In this document: one piece after another, positions 9,488 to 19,050 of the stretch
How positions within the stretch are numbered: position 1 is the stretch's first letter
Layout: each line of letters starts with the position of its first letter
IMG/VR virus record: IMGVR_UViG_2585427735_000020
Origin: a virus
Lineage: Duplodnaviria; Heunggongvirae; Uroviricota; Caudoviricetes
DNA: 36,110 bases
Strand: one strand, 5' to 3'
Made by a program: the position numbers and the translations under genes
The notes under the pieces: generated by a model
Told to the model about the DNA's origin: nothing
What the model saw: the letters and a program-made list of their open reading frames with translations, nothing else
The model's database searches: none

Positions 9488-9615
9488 AGAAAATAGCATG
9501 ATAGTGCCCTAATTTGCATGCTTACGCCAAATCCATATCGAAACGTCAATGTCAATACTGGCGCGGATTCGGCTAGTTCATGCAACTGCATGAAAACCAC
9601 CTCATGAAGCGGGCA

Positions 9616-9634
9616 GGCGAGGCGGGGAAAGCAC
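9616..9634. other. cos site (19-nt cohesive end sequence GGCGAGGCGGGGAAAGCAC)
   Basis: Matches the P2 cos sequence as I recall it; lies between the cargo gene and Q where cos is expected. Confidence 0.6.
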
Positions 9635-9776
9635 TGCGCGCTGGCGGTGGTGCTGATTTTATTTTTTCAGCGTCTGAGCGCGTCGTGGCGGCGTTTAGAT
9701 TTTGCGCCGGGGCGTTGCTGTGTCTGCGGGCTGTTTTGTGCGGTGGTGAGCGTGTGAGGGCGTGATGACTGGGTGT

Positions 9777-9798
9777 AAAAAAGCCGCCCGCAGGCGGC
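9777..9798 (-). terminator. Rho-independent terminator downstream of Q
   Basis: GCCGCC-CGCA-GGCGGC hairpin, followed on the minus strand by UUUUUU (plus-strand A-run 9777..9782). Confidence 0.5.
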
Positions 9799-9803
9799 GA
9801 TGT

Positions 9804-10838
9804 TCAGCCGTTGTCAGTGTCCAGTGAGTAGTTTTTAAAGCGGATGACCTCCTGACCGAGCCAGCCGTTTATCTCGCGGATCCTGTCCTGTAACGGGATA
9901 AGCTCATTGCGGACAAAGACCTTTGCCACTTTCTCAATATCACCCAGCGACCCGACGTTCTCCGGCTTGCCGCCCATCAACTGAAAGGGGATGCGGTGCG
10001 CGTCCAGCAGGTCAGCGGCGCTGGCTTTTTTGATATTAAAAAAATCGTCCTTCGTTGCCACTTCACTGAGCGGGATAATTTTAATGCCGTCGGCTTTTCC
10101 CTGCGGGGCATAGAGAAACAGATTTTTAAAGTTGTTGCGGCCTTTCGACTTGACCATGTTTTCGCGAAGCATTTCGATATCGTTGCGATCCTGCACGGCA
10201 TCAGTGACGTACATGATGTATCCGGCATGTGCGCCGTTTTCGTAATACTTGCGGCGGAACAGCGTGGCTGACTCATTCAGCCAGGCAGAGTTAAGGGCGC
10301 TGAGATATTCCGGCATGCCGTACAGCTCCTGATTAATATCCGGCTCCAGCAGATGAAACACGGAGCCGGGCGCGAAAGGTGTCGGCTCGTTGAAGGACGG
10401 CACCCACCAGTAAACATCCTCCTCCACGCCACGGCGGGGATATTTTGCCGGTGAGGTTTCCAGTCTGATGACCTTACCGGTGGTGCTGTAACGCTTTTCC
10501 AGAAACGCATTACCGAACACCAGAAAATCCAGCACAAAACGGCTGAAATCCTGCTGGGAAAGCCACGGGTGCGGGATAAACGTTGAAGCCAGAATATTAC
10601 GTTTGACGTAAATCGGTGAGCTGTGATGCACGGCAGCACGCAGGCTTTTTGCCAGACCGGTAAAGCTGACCGGCGGCTCATACCATCTGCCGTTACTGAT
10701 ACATTCGACGTAATCCAGAATGTCACGGCGGTCGAGCACCGGCACCGGCTCACCAAAGGTGAATGCCTCCATTTTCGGGGCGCTGGCGGTCATTTTTTTT
10801 GCCGCAGGTTGCGGTGTTTTCCCTTTTTTCTTGCTCAT
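9804..10838 (-). CDS. Q: Portal protein gpQ, 344 aa
   Basis: 344 aa, same as P2 Q; start overlaps the P stop. Confidence 0.9.
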   Translation of the reverse strand: MSKKKGKTPQPAAKKMTASAPKMEAFTFGEPVPVLDRRDILDYVECISNGRWYEPPVSFTGLAKSLRAAVHHSSPIYVKRNILASTFIPHPWLSQQDFSRFVLDFLVFGNAFLEKRYSTTGKVIRLETSPAKYPRRGVEEDVYWWVPSFNEPTPFAPGSVFHLLEPDINQELYGMPEYLSALNSAWLNESATLFRRKYYENGAHAGYIMYVTDAVQDRNDIEMLRENMVKSKGRNNFKNLFLYAPQGKADGIKIIPLSEVATKDDFFNIKKASAADLLDAHRIPFQLMGGKPENVGSLGDIEKVAKVFVRNELIPLQDRIREINGWLGQEVIRFKNYSLDTDNG

Positions 10839-12610
10839 CAGTAAAACTCCAGAATGGTGGATGTCAGCGGGGTGCTGATACCGGCGGTGAGTGGCTCATT
10901 TAACAGGGCGTGCATGGTCGCCCAGGCGAGGTCGGCGTGGCTGGCTTCCTCGCTGCGGCTGGCCTCATAGGTGGCACTGCGTCCGCTGCTGGTCATGGTC
11001 TTGCGGATAGCCATAAACGAGCTGGTGATGTCGGTGGCGCTGACGTCGTATTCCAGACAGCCACGGCGGATAACGTCTTTTGCCTTGAGCACCATTGCGG
11101 TTTTCATTTCCGGCGTGTAGCGGATGTCGCGCGCGGCGGGATAGAACGAGCGCACGAGCTGGAACACGCCGACACCGAGGCCGGTGGCATCAATACCGAT
11201 GTATTCGACGTTGTATTTTTCGGTGAGTTTGCGGATGGATTCAGCCTGAGTGGCAAAGTCCATGCCTTTCCACTGGTGACGCTCAAGTATTCTGAATTTG
11301 CCACCGGCCACCACCGGCGGTGCCAGCACCACGCATCCGGCACTGTCGCCACGGTGTGACGGGTCGTAACCAATCCATACCGGGCGGGAGCCGAACGGAT
11401 TCGCGGCAAACGGCGCATAGTCTTCCCATTCTTCCAGCGTGTCGACCATGCAGCGTTGCAGCTCCTCGAACGGGAACACCGATGCCTTGTCGTCAACAAA
11501 TTCACACATGAACAGGTTTTTAAAATCGTCGGCGCTGTTTTCGCGTTTGAGCTGCTCAATGTCGAACAATGTGCAGCCGCCTTTCAGGGCGTCCTCAATG
11601 GTGACAATCTGCCGCCACTGGCCGTCCGCACAGAGAAGACCACCGGCAAGGGCGTTATGACTGACGTCGATTTCCACGCGTTCGGCGGCGCTGGCGCGTC
11701 CCCGGTTGAACAGTTCACCCGACCAGAACGGGTAGGCGTCGTGCGCCAGCGTGGACGGGGTGGAGAAATAGGTCGAGCGCAGGTGACTCTGTGAGGCCAT
11801 ACCTGATGCCACCTTACGCAGTACCTGAAAATTCGGGATCCAGAAAATCTCGTCGACGTACAGGTCGCCGTTATGGCTCTGCGCGGTGTTGGAGTTGGTG
11901 CCGAGAAAAATCAGTTTTGCGCCGTTATTGCCCAGGACAATCGGGTCACCAGTCAGGTCAACGTCAACCAGCCGGGCAAAGGCGATGATGTATTCGCGGA
12001 ACACATACGCCTGCGTTTTACTGGCCGACAGAAAAATCTGGTTATGGCCGGTTTTCAGGGCGCGCAGCAGCGCCTCACGGGAAAAATAAAACGTCGCGCC
12101 AATCTGACGGGATTTCAGGATATCGCGGATGCGGTGCTCAAGCCCGGCGCGATACCAGTGCAACTGATAGTCGAAAGACTGCTCAAAGAAAATCTGCTCC
12201 AGCTTTTCGATGGCCTCGTCACTGAAAAAATTCTTTTTCGGTTTGCGCCGCCCGCCTTTGTTGCGGTTAGCGACGTTCGGATTAAGGTCTGCCTCGTTGC
12301 CGGTCTGGCTGTAGCGATTTACCCGTGCCAGTCGTTCAATCTGGCGTCCCAGCAGGTCAATTTCCTTGAAGTCACCGCCGGTTTTCTGCGGTTTGATGAT
12401 GAGCTGGGTCAGCCGCGCTTCCAGGCTCATTTCGACACGGCTGATGGGGGCAACGTTGTCCCAGCCGTCGCGCTGTTTCCAGCTCTGCACCGTCGGGCGT
12501 TTCATCTGCAACATGGCGGCAATCTGCGGCACGGAAACCCCCTGCCAGTACAGCAGCGCCGCCTGACGACGCGGGTCGTGTAAAAGAGTGGTGTCTGTGG
12601 TGATGGTCAT
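10838..12610 (-). CDS. P: Terminase large (ATPase) subunit gpP
   Basis: About 590 aa from the ATG at 12610 (MTITTDTTLL...) with GAGGT SD; P2 position and length. Confidence 0.9.
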   Translation of the reverse strand: MTITTDTTLLHDPRRQAALLYWQGVSVPQIAAMLQMKRPTVQSWKQRDGWDNVAPISRVEMSLEARLTQLIIKPQKTGGDFKEIDLLGRQIERLARVNRYSQTGNEADLNPNVANRNKGGRRKPKKNFFSDEAIEKLEQIFFEQSFDYQLHWYRAGLEHRIRDILKSRQIGATFYFSREALLRALKTGHNQIFLSASKTQAYVFREYIIAFARLVDVDLTGDPIVLGNNGAKLIFLGTNSNTAQSHNGDLYVDEIFWIPNFQVLRKVASGMASQSHLRSTYFSTPSTLAHDAYPFWSGELFNRGRASAAERVEIDVSHNALAGGLLCADGQWRQIVTIEDALKGGCTLFDIEQLKRENSADDFKNLFMCEFVDDKASVFPFEELQRCMVDTLEEWEDYAPFAANPFGSRPVWIGYDPSHRGDSAGCVVLAPPVVAGGKFRILERHQWKGMDFATQAESIRKLTEKYNVEYIGIDATGLGVGVFQLVRSFYPAARDIRYTPEMKTAMVLKAKDVIRRGCLEYDVSATDITSSFMAIRKTMTSSGRSATYEASRSEEASHADLAWATMHALLNEPLTAGISTPLTSTILEFY

Positions 12611-12783
12611 GAATACCTCGCCGTGATGAATACACGGCAAGGCTACTGAGTCGCGTCCCGCGATTCGCTAAGGTGCTGTTGTGTCAGTGATAAGCCATCC
12701 GGGACTGATGGCGGAGGATGCGCATCGTCGGGAAACTGATGCCGACATGTGACTCCTCTAATCACTATTCAGGACTCCTGACA

Positions 12784-13638
12784 ATGGCAAAAAAAGTCTC
12801 AAAATTCTTTCGTATCGGCGTTGAGGGTGACACCTGTGACGGGCGTGTCATCAGTGCGCAGGATATTCAGGAAATGGCCGAAACCTTTGACCCGCGTGTC
12901 TATGGTTGCCGCATTAACCTGGAACATCTGCGCGGCATCCTGCCTGACGGTATTTTTAAACGTTATGGCGATGTGGCCGAACTGAAGGCCGAAAAGATTG
13001 ACGATGATTCGGCGCTGAAAGGCAAATGGGCGCTGTTTGCGAAAATCACCCCGACCGATGACCTTATCGCGATGAACAAGGCCGCGCAGAAGGTCTACAC
13101 CTCAATGGAAATTCAGCCGAACTTTGCCAACACCGGCAAATGTTATCTGGTGGGGCTGGCCGTCACCGATGACCCGGCAAGCCTCGGCACGGAATACCTG
13201 GAATTCTGCCGCACGGCAAAACACAACCCCCTGAACCGCTTCAAATTAAGCCCTGAAAACCTGATTTCAGTGGCAACGCCTGTTGAGCTGGAATTTGAAG
13301 ACCTGCCTGAAACCGTGTTCACCGCCCTGACCGAAAAGGTGAAATCCATTTTTGGCCGCAAACAGGCCAGCGATGACGCCCGTCTGAATGACGTGCATGA
13401 AGCGGTGACCGCTGTCGCTGAACATGTGCAGGAAAAACTGAGCGCCACTGAGCAGCGCCTCGCTGAGATGGAAACTGCCTTTTCCGCTCTTAAGCAGGAG
13501 GTGACTGACAGGGCGGATGAAACCAGCCAGGCATTCACCCGCCTGAAAAACAGTCTCGACCACACCGAAAGTCTGACCCAGCAGCGCCGCAGCAAGGCCA
13601 CCGGTGGTGGCGGTGACGCCCTGATGACGAACTGCTGA
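12784..13638 (+). CDS. O: Capsid scaffolding protein gpO, 284 aa
   Basis: Starts MAKKVSKFFRIGVEGDTCDGRV...; length matches P2 O. Confidence 0.85.
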   Translation: MAKKVSKFFRIGVEGDTCDGRVISAQDIQEMAETFDPRVYGCRINLEHLRGILPDGIFKRYGDVAELKAEKIDDDSALKGKWALFAKITPTDDLIAMNKAAQKVYTSMEIQPNFANTGKCYLVGLAVTDDPASLGTEYLEFCRTAKHNPLNRFKLSPENLISVATPVELEFEDLPETVFTALTEKVKSIFGRKQASDDARLNDVHEAVTAVAEHVQEKLSATEQRLAEMETAFSALKQEVTDRADETSQAFTRLKNSLDHTESLTQQRRSKATGGGGDALMTNC

Positions 13639-13696
13639 CCGGCGTCAGTCAGTCCGGGAAAACCTTCACGATTAACCCTTAATTTCAGGAAAAACT

Positions 13697-14770
13697 ATGC
13701 GCCAGGAAACCCGCTTTAAATTTAATGCCTACCTGTCCCGTGTTGCCGAACTGAACGGCATCGACGCCGGTGATGTGTCGAAAAAATTCACCGTTGAACC
13801 GTCGGTCACCCAGACCCTGATGAACACCATGCAGGAGTCCTCTGATTTTCTGACCCGCATCAACATTGTGCCGGTCAGCGAAATGAAAGGGGAAAAAATT
13901 GGCATCGGTGTCACCGGCTCCATCGCCAGCACCACCGACACCGCCGGTGGCACCGAACGTCAGCCGAAGGACTTCTCGAAGCTGGCGTCAAACAAGTACG
14001 AATGCGACCAGATTAACTTCGATTTTTATATCCGCTACAAAACGCTGGACCTGTGGGCGCGTTATCAGGATTTCCAGCTCCGTATCCGTAACGCCATTAT
14101 CAAGCGTCAGTCCCTTGATTTCATCATGGCCGGTTTTAACGGCGTGAAGCGTGCCGAAACCTCTGACCGCAGCAGTAACCAGATGCTGCAGGATGTGGCG
14201 GTCGGCTGGCTGCAGAAATACCGCAATGAAGCCCCGGCGCGCGTGATGAGCAAGGTTACTGACGAGGAAGGTCACACGACCTCTGAGGTCATCCGCGTGG
14301 GTAAGGGCGGTGATTATGCCAGCCTCGATGCACTGGTGATGGATGCGACCAACAACCTGATTGAGCCGTGGTATCAGGAAGACCCTGACCTTGTGGTGAT
14401 TGTGGGGCGTCAGCTACTGGCGGACAAGTATTTCCCCATCGTCAACAAGGAGCAGGACAACAGCGAGATGCTGGCCGCTGACGTCATCATCAGCCAGAAA
14501 CGCATCGGTAACCTGCCGGCGGTACGCGTCCCGTACTTCCCGGCGGATGCGATGCTCATCACGAAGCTGGAAAACCTGTCCATCTACTACATGGATGACA
14601 GCCATCGCCGCGTGATTGTGGAAAACCCGAAACTCGACCGCGTGGAGAACTACGAGTCAATGAACATTGATTACGTGGTGGAAGACTACGCCGCCGGTTG
14701 TCTGGTGGAAAAAATTAAGGTCGGTGACTTCTCCACACCGACTAAAGTGACCGCAGAGCCGGGAGCGTAA
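13697..14770 (+). CDS. N: Major capsid protein gpN, 357 aa
   Basis: 357 aa; P2 position. Confidence 0.9.
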   Translation: MRQETRFKFNAYLSRVAELNGIDAGDVSKKFTVEPSVTQTLMNTMQESSDFLTRINIVPVSEMKGEKIGIGVTGSIASTTDTAGGTERQPKDFSKLASNKYECDQINFDFYIRYKTLDLWARYQDFQLRIRNAIIKRQSLDFIMAGFNGVKRAETSDRSSNQMLQDVAVGWLQKYRNEAPARVMSKVTDEEGHTTSEVIRVGKGGDYASLDALVMDATNNLIEPWYQEDPDLVVIVGRQLLADKYFPIVNKEQDNSEMLAADVIISQKRIGNLPAVRVPYFPADAMLITKLENLSIYYMDDSHRRVIVENPKLDRVENYESMNIDYVVEDYAAGCLVEKIKVGDFSTPTKVTAEPGA

Positions 14771-14773
14771 CCG

Positions 14774-15517
14774 ATGACGAGTCCCGCACAGCGCCACATG
14801 ATGCGGGTCTCGGCAGCGATGACCGCGCAGCGGGACGCCGCCCCGCTGCGACATGCAACTGTCTATGAGCAGATGCTGGTCAAGCTGGCCGCAGACCAGC
14901 GCACACTGAAAGCGATTTATTCAAAAGAGCTGAAGGCCGCGAAAAAACGCGAACTGCTGCCGTTCTGGTTGCCGTGGGTGAACGGCGTGCTGGAGCAGGG
15001 CAAAGGTGCACAGGATGACATTCTGATGACGGTCATGCTGTGGCGTCTGGATACCGGCGATATTGCCGGTGCGCTGGAGATTGCCCGTTATGCCCTGAAG
15101 TACGGTCTGACCATGCCGGGTAAACACCGCCGCACCCCGCCGTACATGTTCACCGAGGAGGTGGCGCTCGCGGCCATGCGCGCCCACGCTGCCGGTGAGT
15201 CTGTGGATACCCGCCTGCTGACGGAGACCCTTGCACTGACCGCCACGGCAGACATGCCTGATGAAGTGCGCGCAAAGCTGCACAAAATCACCGGTCTGTT
15301 TCTGCGTGACGCTGGTGATGCCGCCGGTGCGCTGGCGCACCTGCAACGTGCGACACAGCTCGACTGTCAGGCAGGCGTCAAAAAAGAGATTGAACGACTG
15401 GAGCGGGAGCTGAAACCGAAGCCGGAGCCGCAGCCCAAAGCGGCCACCCGCGCCCCGCGTAAGACCCGGAGCGTGACACCGGCAAAACGTGGACGCCCGA
15501 AAAAGAAAGCCAGTTAA
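14774..15517 (+). CDS. M: Terminase small (endonuclease) subunit gpM, 247 aa
   Basis: 247 aa; basic C-terminal tail; P2 position. Confidence 0.85.
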   Translation: MTSPAQRHMMRVSAAMTAQRDAAPLRHATVYEQMLVKLAADQRTLKAIYSKELKAAKKRELLPFWLPWVNGVLEQGKGAQDDILMTVMLWRLDTGDIAGALEIARYALKYGLTMPGKHRRTPPYMFTEEVALAAMRAHAAGESVDTRLLTETLALTATADMPDEVRAKLHKITGLFLRDAGDAAGALAHLQRATQLDCQAGVKKEIERLERELKPKPEPQPKAATRAPRKTRSVTPAKRGRPKKKAS

Positions 15518-15616
15518 CAACCGAATGCGCCCCGCGCCAGGGCGGCACGCCGGTCAGTGAGGGTGAATCACCTGACACTGCACCGGCGTCCACCGCCCGA
15601 CTTTTCAGAGGTAGTC

Positions 15617-16126
15617 ATGATGACGCTGATTATTCCGCGAAAGGAGGCTCCCGTGTCCGGTGAGGGTACGGTGGTCATCCCGCAACCGGCAGGCGACGAG
15701 CCGGTGATTAAAAACACGTTCTTTTTTCCCGATATCGACCCGAAGCGCGTCCGGGAACGTATGCGCCTTGAGCAGACTGTCGCCCCCGCCCGTCTGCGTG
15801 AGGCCATCAAGTCAGGCATGGCGGAGACGAATGCGGAGCTGTACGAGTACCGCGAACAGAAAATTGCTGCCGGTTTTTCGCGTCTGGCTGACGTCCCGGC
15901 GGACGACATCGACGGTGAAAGCATCAAAGTTTTTTACTACGAGCGCGCCGTGTGTGCGATGGCGACCGCGTCGCTTTATGAGCGTTATCGCGGCGTGGAT
16001 GCCAGTGCGAAAGGCGACAAGAAGGCCGACAGCATTGACAGCACCATTGATGAACTGTGGCGGGATATGCGCTGGGCAGTGGCGCGCATCCAGGACAAGC
16101 CGCGCTGCATCGTGAGTCAAATCTGA
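15617..16126 (+). CDS. L: Head completion/stabilisation protein gpL, 169 aa
   Basis: ATG 15617 with GAGGTAG SD; 169 aa. Confidence 0.85.
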   Translation: MMTLIIPRKEAPVSGEGTVVIPQPAGDEPVIKNTFFFPDIDPKRVRERMRLEQTVAPARLREAIKSGMAETNAELYEYREQKIAAGFSRLADVPADDIDGESIKVFYYERAVCAMATASLYERYRGVDASAKGDKKADSIDSTIDELWRDMRWAVARIQDKPRCIVSQI

Positions 16127-16329
16127 TGAAGACCTTTGCGCTACAGGGCGACACGCTCGACGCCATTTGTGTCCGGTATTACGGGCGCACTGAGGGCGTG
16201 GTTGAGACCGTGCTCGCCGCAAATCCGGGACTGGCTGAACTGGGTGCGGTGCTGCCACACGGCACCGCCGTCGAACTGCCCGACGTTCAGACCGCGCCCG
16301 TGGCTGAAACTGTCAATCTGTGGGAGTAA
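16126..16329 (+). CDS. X: Tail protein gpX, 67 aa
   Basis: ATG overlapping the L stop (ATCTGATGA); 67 aa. Confidence 0.8.
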   Translation: MKTFALQGDTLDAICVRYYGRTEGVVETVLAANPGLAELGAVLPHGTAVELPDVQTAPVAETVNLWE

Positions 16330-16332
16330 CGC

Positions 16333-16614
16333 ATGACAGCAGAAGAAAAAAGCGTCCTGTCGCTTTTCATGATTGGGGTGCTGATTGTTGTCGGCAAGGT
16401 GCTTGCCGGTGGTGAACCCATCACCCCGCGTCTGTTTATCGGGCGCATGTTGCTCGGTGGTTTTGTCTCGATGGTTGCCGGTGTTGTTCTGGTGCAGTTT
16501 CCTGACCTGTCACTGCCTGCGGTGTGCGGTATCGGCTCCATGCTGGGTATCGCCGGTTATCAGGTGATTGAGATTGCCATTCAGCGCCGTTTTAAGGGCA
16601 GGGGGAAACAGTAA
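16333..16614 (+). CDS. Y: Holin gpY, 93 aa
   Basis: 93-aa hydrophobic protein with membrane helices; lysis cassette position. Confidence 0.8.
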   Translation: MTAEEKSVLSLFMIGVLIVVGKVLAGGEPITPRLFIGRMLLGGFVSMVAGVVLVQFPDLSLPAVCGIGSMLGIAGYQVIEIAIQRRFKGRGKQ

Positions 16615-17111
16615 TGCCGGTAATTAACACGCATCAGAATATCGCGGCCTTTCTCGACATGCTGGCAGTGTCCGAAGGGACGGCGAATCATCCGCTGACG
16701 AAAAACCGGGGCTATGACGTGATAGTCACCGGACTGGACGGGAAGCCGGAAATTTTCACCGACTACAGTGACCACCCGTTCGCACATGGCCGACCGGCGA
16801 AGGTGTTTAACCGTCGCGGTGAAAAATCCACGGCCTCCGGTCGCTATCAGCAACTTTACCTGTTCTGGCCGCATTACCGCAAACAGCTTGCCCTGCCGGA
16901 TTTCAGTCCGTTGTCACAGGACAGACTTGCCATTCAGTTGATCCGCGAACGCGGTGCACTGGATGACATCCGGGCGGGACGCATTGAGCGCGCCATTTCA
17001 CGCTGTCGCAATATCTGGGCGTCCCTGCCGGGTGCCGGTTACGGTCAGCGTGAGCATTCACTGGAAAAACTGGTCACCGTCTGGCGTACCGCTGGCGGCG
17101 TACCGGCTTAA
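16614..17111 (+). CDS. K: Endolysin (lysozyme) gpK, 165 aa
   Basis: 165 aa with EGT catalytic-region motif (LAVSEGT); follows the holin. Confidence 0.85.
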   Translation: MPVINTHQNIAAFLDMLAVSEGTANHPLTKNRGYDVIVTGLDGKPEIFTDYSDHPFAHGRPAKVFNRRGEKSTASGRYQQLYLFWPHYRKQLALPDFSPLSQDRLAIQLIRERGALDDIRAGRIERAISRCRNIWASLPGAGYGQREHSLEKLVTVWRTAGGVPA

Positions 17112-17125
17112 ACGGAGTAAACACC

Positions 17126-17551
17126 ATGAAGAAATTATCCCTTTCACTGATGCTGAACGTGTCGCTGGCGCTGATGCTGGCACTGTCCCTGATTTATCCG
17201 CAGAGCGTGGCCGTCAGTTTTGTCGCTGCCTGGGCGATTCTGGCGACGGTTATCTGTGTGGTTGCCGGTGGTGTCGGCGTGTATGCCACGGAGTATGTAC
17301 TGGAACGCTACGGGCGGGAGCTGCCGCCGGAATCGCTGGCCGTGAAGATTGTCACGTCGCTGTTTTTGCAGCCGGTGACGTGGTGCAGACGGGCGGTGGG
17401 TCTGGTGGTGATGGTGGCGACGTTTATCTCGCTGGTCGCTGCCGGGTGGATTTTTACCGCGCTGATTTATCTTGTGGCGTCGCTGTTTTTCCGGCTGATA
17501 CGTAAAGCCTGTCGTCAGCGTCTTGAAGGGCGGGAATTATGTCAAAGCTGA
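17126..17551 (+). CDS. lysA: Lysis regulatory membrane protein LysA, 141 aa
   Basis: 141-aa hydrophobic protein; P2 order. Confidence 0.75.
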   Translation: MKKLSLSLMLNVSLALMLALSLIYPQSVAVSFVAAWAILATVICVVAGGVGVYATEYVLERYGRELPPESLAVKIVTSLFLQPVTWCRRAVGLVVMVATFISLVAAGWIFTALIYLVASLFFRLIRKACRQRLEGRELCQS

Positions 17552-17964
17552 TGATTGTGCTGGTCGTGTTGTTATCGCTGGCGGTGGCGGGGCTGTTTCT
17601 GGCGAAGCATGAAAACGCCAGCCTGCGCGCCTCGCTGGACAGGGCGAACAACGTCGCCAGCGGGCAGCAGACGACCATCACCATGCTGAAAAATCAGCTT
17701 CATGTTGCCCTCACCAGAGCAGACAAAAACGAGCTGGCGCAGGTGGCACTGCGTCAGGAGCTGGAGAACGCCGCGAAGCGTGAAGCACAGCGCGAGAAAA
17801 CCATCACGAGGTTACTTAATGAAAACGAAGATTTTCGCCGCTGGTACGGCGCTGGCCTGCCTGATGCTGTGCGCCGGTTGCACCAGCGCCCGGCCTGCGC
17901 CGACGCCAGTGATTGTCCACAACGCCTGCCCGAAAGTGAGTCTTTGCCCGATGCCGGGCAGTGA
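17539..17964 (+). CDS. lysB: LysB (Rz-like spanin component), 141 aa
   Basis: N-terminal TM helix followed by coiled-coil-like region; 141 aa. Confidence 0.75.
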   Translation: MSKLMIVLVVLLSLAVAGLFLAKHENASLRASLDRANNVASGQQTTITMLKNQLHVALTRADKNELAQVALRQELENAAKREAQREKTITRLLNENEDFRRWYGAGLPDAVRRLHQRPACADASDCPQRLPESESLPDAGQ

Positions 17965-18109
17965 CCCGGAGACGAACGGCGATTTAAGTGCCGATATCCG
18001 GCAGCTTGAGAACGCGCTGGCACGCTGTGCCAGCCAGGTAAAAATGATTAAACACTGTCAGGACGAAAACGATGCTCAAACCCGACAGCCTGCGCAGGGC
18101 GCTGACTGA
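17819..18109 (+). CDS. lysC: LysC (Rz1-like outer-membrane lipoprotein), embedded out of frame in lysB, 96 aa
   Basis: ATG 17819; MKTKIFAAGTALACLMLCAGC lipoprotein signal with lipobox; proline-rich. Confidence 0.65.
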   Translation: MKTKIFAAGTALACLMLCAGCTSARPAPTPVIVHNACPKVSLCPMPGSDPETNGDLSADIRQLENALARCASQVKMIKHCQDENDAQTRQPAQGAD

Positions 18110-18539
18110 TGCCGTCACGGTGCTGAAAACCAGTCCAGAGATGCTTCGGATATTCGTGGATAACGGGAGTATTGCCTCCACGCTGGCGACGTCGCTGTCG
18201 TTCGAAAAGCGTTACACGCTCAATGTGATTGTGACCGACTTTACCGGTGATTTTGACCTGCTCATCGTGCCGGTGCTGGCGTGGCTGCGGGAAAATCAGC
18301 CCGACATCATGACCACTGACGAAGGCCAGAAAAAGGGCTTCACGTTTTATGCAGACATCAACAATGACAGCAGCTTTGATATCAGCATCAGCCTGATGCT
18401 GACCGAGCGCACGCTGGTCAGTGAGGTGGACGGCGCACTGCATGTGAAGAACATCCCGGAACCTCCGCCGCCGGAGCCGGTCACCCGCCCGATGGAGCTG
18501 TATATCAATGGCGAACTGGTGAGCAAGTGGGATGAATGA
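18072..18539 (+). CDS. R: Tail completion protein gpR, 155 aa
   Basis: 155 aa; P2 order. Confidence 0.8.
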   Translation: MLKPDSLRRALTDAVTVLKTSPEMLRIFVDNGSIASTLATSLSFEKRYTLNVIVTDFTGDFDLLIVPVLAWLRENQPDIMTTDEGQKKGFTFYADINNDSSFDISISLMLTERTLVSEVDGALHVKNIPEPPPPEPVTRPMELYINGELVSKWDE

Positions 18540-18984
18540 GTTTAAGCGTTTTGAAGACCGGCTGACCGGACTGACTGAATCGCTGTCACCGTCAGGGCGT
18601 CGGCGACTGAGTGCCGAACTGGCGAAACGTCTGCGGCAGAGTCAGCAGCGTCGGGTGATGGCACAGAAAGCCCCGGACGGCACACCCTACGCGCCACGCC
18701 AGCAGCAGAGCGCCAGAAAAAAGACCGGTCGTGTTAAGCGAAAAATGTTTGCGAAACTTATCACCAGTCGTTTTTTGCATATCCGTGCCAGCCCGGAGCA
18801 GGCATCAATGGAATTTTACGGCGGGAAGTCACCGAAAATCGCCAGTGTGCATCAGTTCGGTCTGTCGGAAGAAACCCGGAAAGACGGTAAGAAAATTGAT
18901 TATCCGGCGCGTCCTCTGCTCGGCTTTACCGGTGAGGATGTGCAGATGATTGAAGAGATTATCCTCGCTCACCTCGACCGTTAG
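18532..18984 (+). CDS. S: Tail completion protein gpS, 150 aa
   Basis: 150 aa; P2 order. Confidence 0.8.
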   Translation: MNEFKRFEDRLTGLTESLSPSGRRRLSAELAKRLRQSQQRRVMAQKAPDGTPYAPRQQQSARKKTGRVKRKMFAKLITSRFLHIRASPEQASMEFYGGKSPKIASVHQFGLSEETRKDGKKIDYPARPLLGFTGEDVQMIEEIILAHLDR

Positions 18985-19050
18985 TTGTGCCATTCCCGAC
19001 CCCTCATCGTCACATTGCCGCCGGTATGACCCGGCGGCATCCTTCCCGTT

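Noticed and set aside
9580-9765. 61-aa ORF across the cos site
   Set aside because: Lies over the cos region, Gly/Ala/Arg-rich, no SD; likely non-coding.
11873-12583. Plus-strand ORF of 236 aa inside the terminase gene P (with other overlapping ORFs in 10900..12600)
   Set aside because: Antisense ORFs inside a well-supported large terminase gene; typical GC-rich shadow ORFs.
14921-15520. 199-aa minus-strand ORF antisense to gene M
   Set aside because: Shadow ORF in GC-rich DNA; gene M is supported by length and position.
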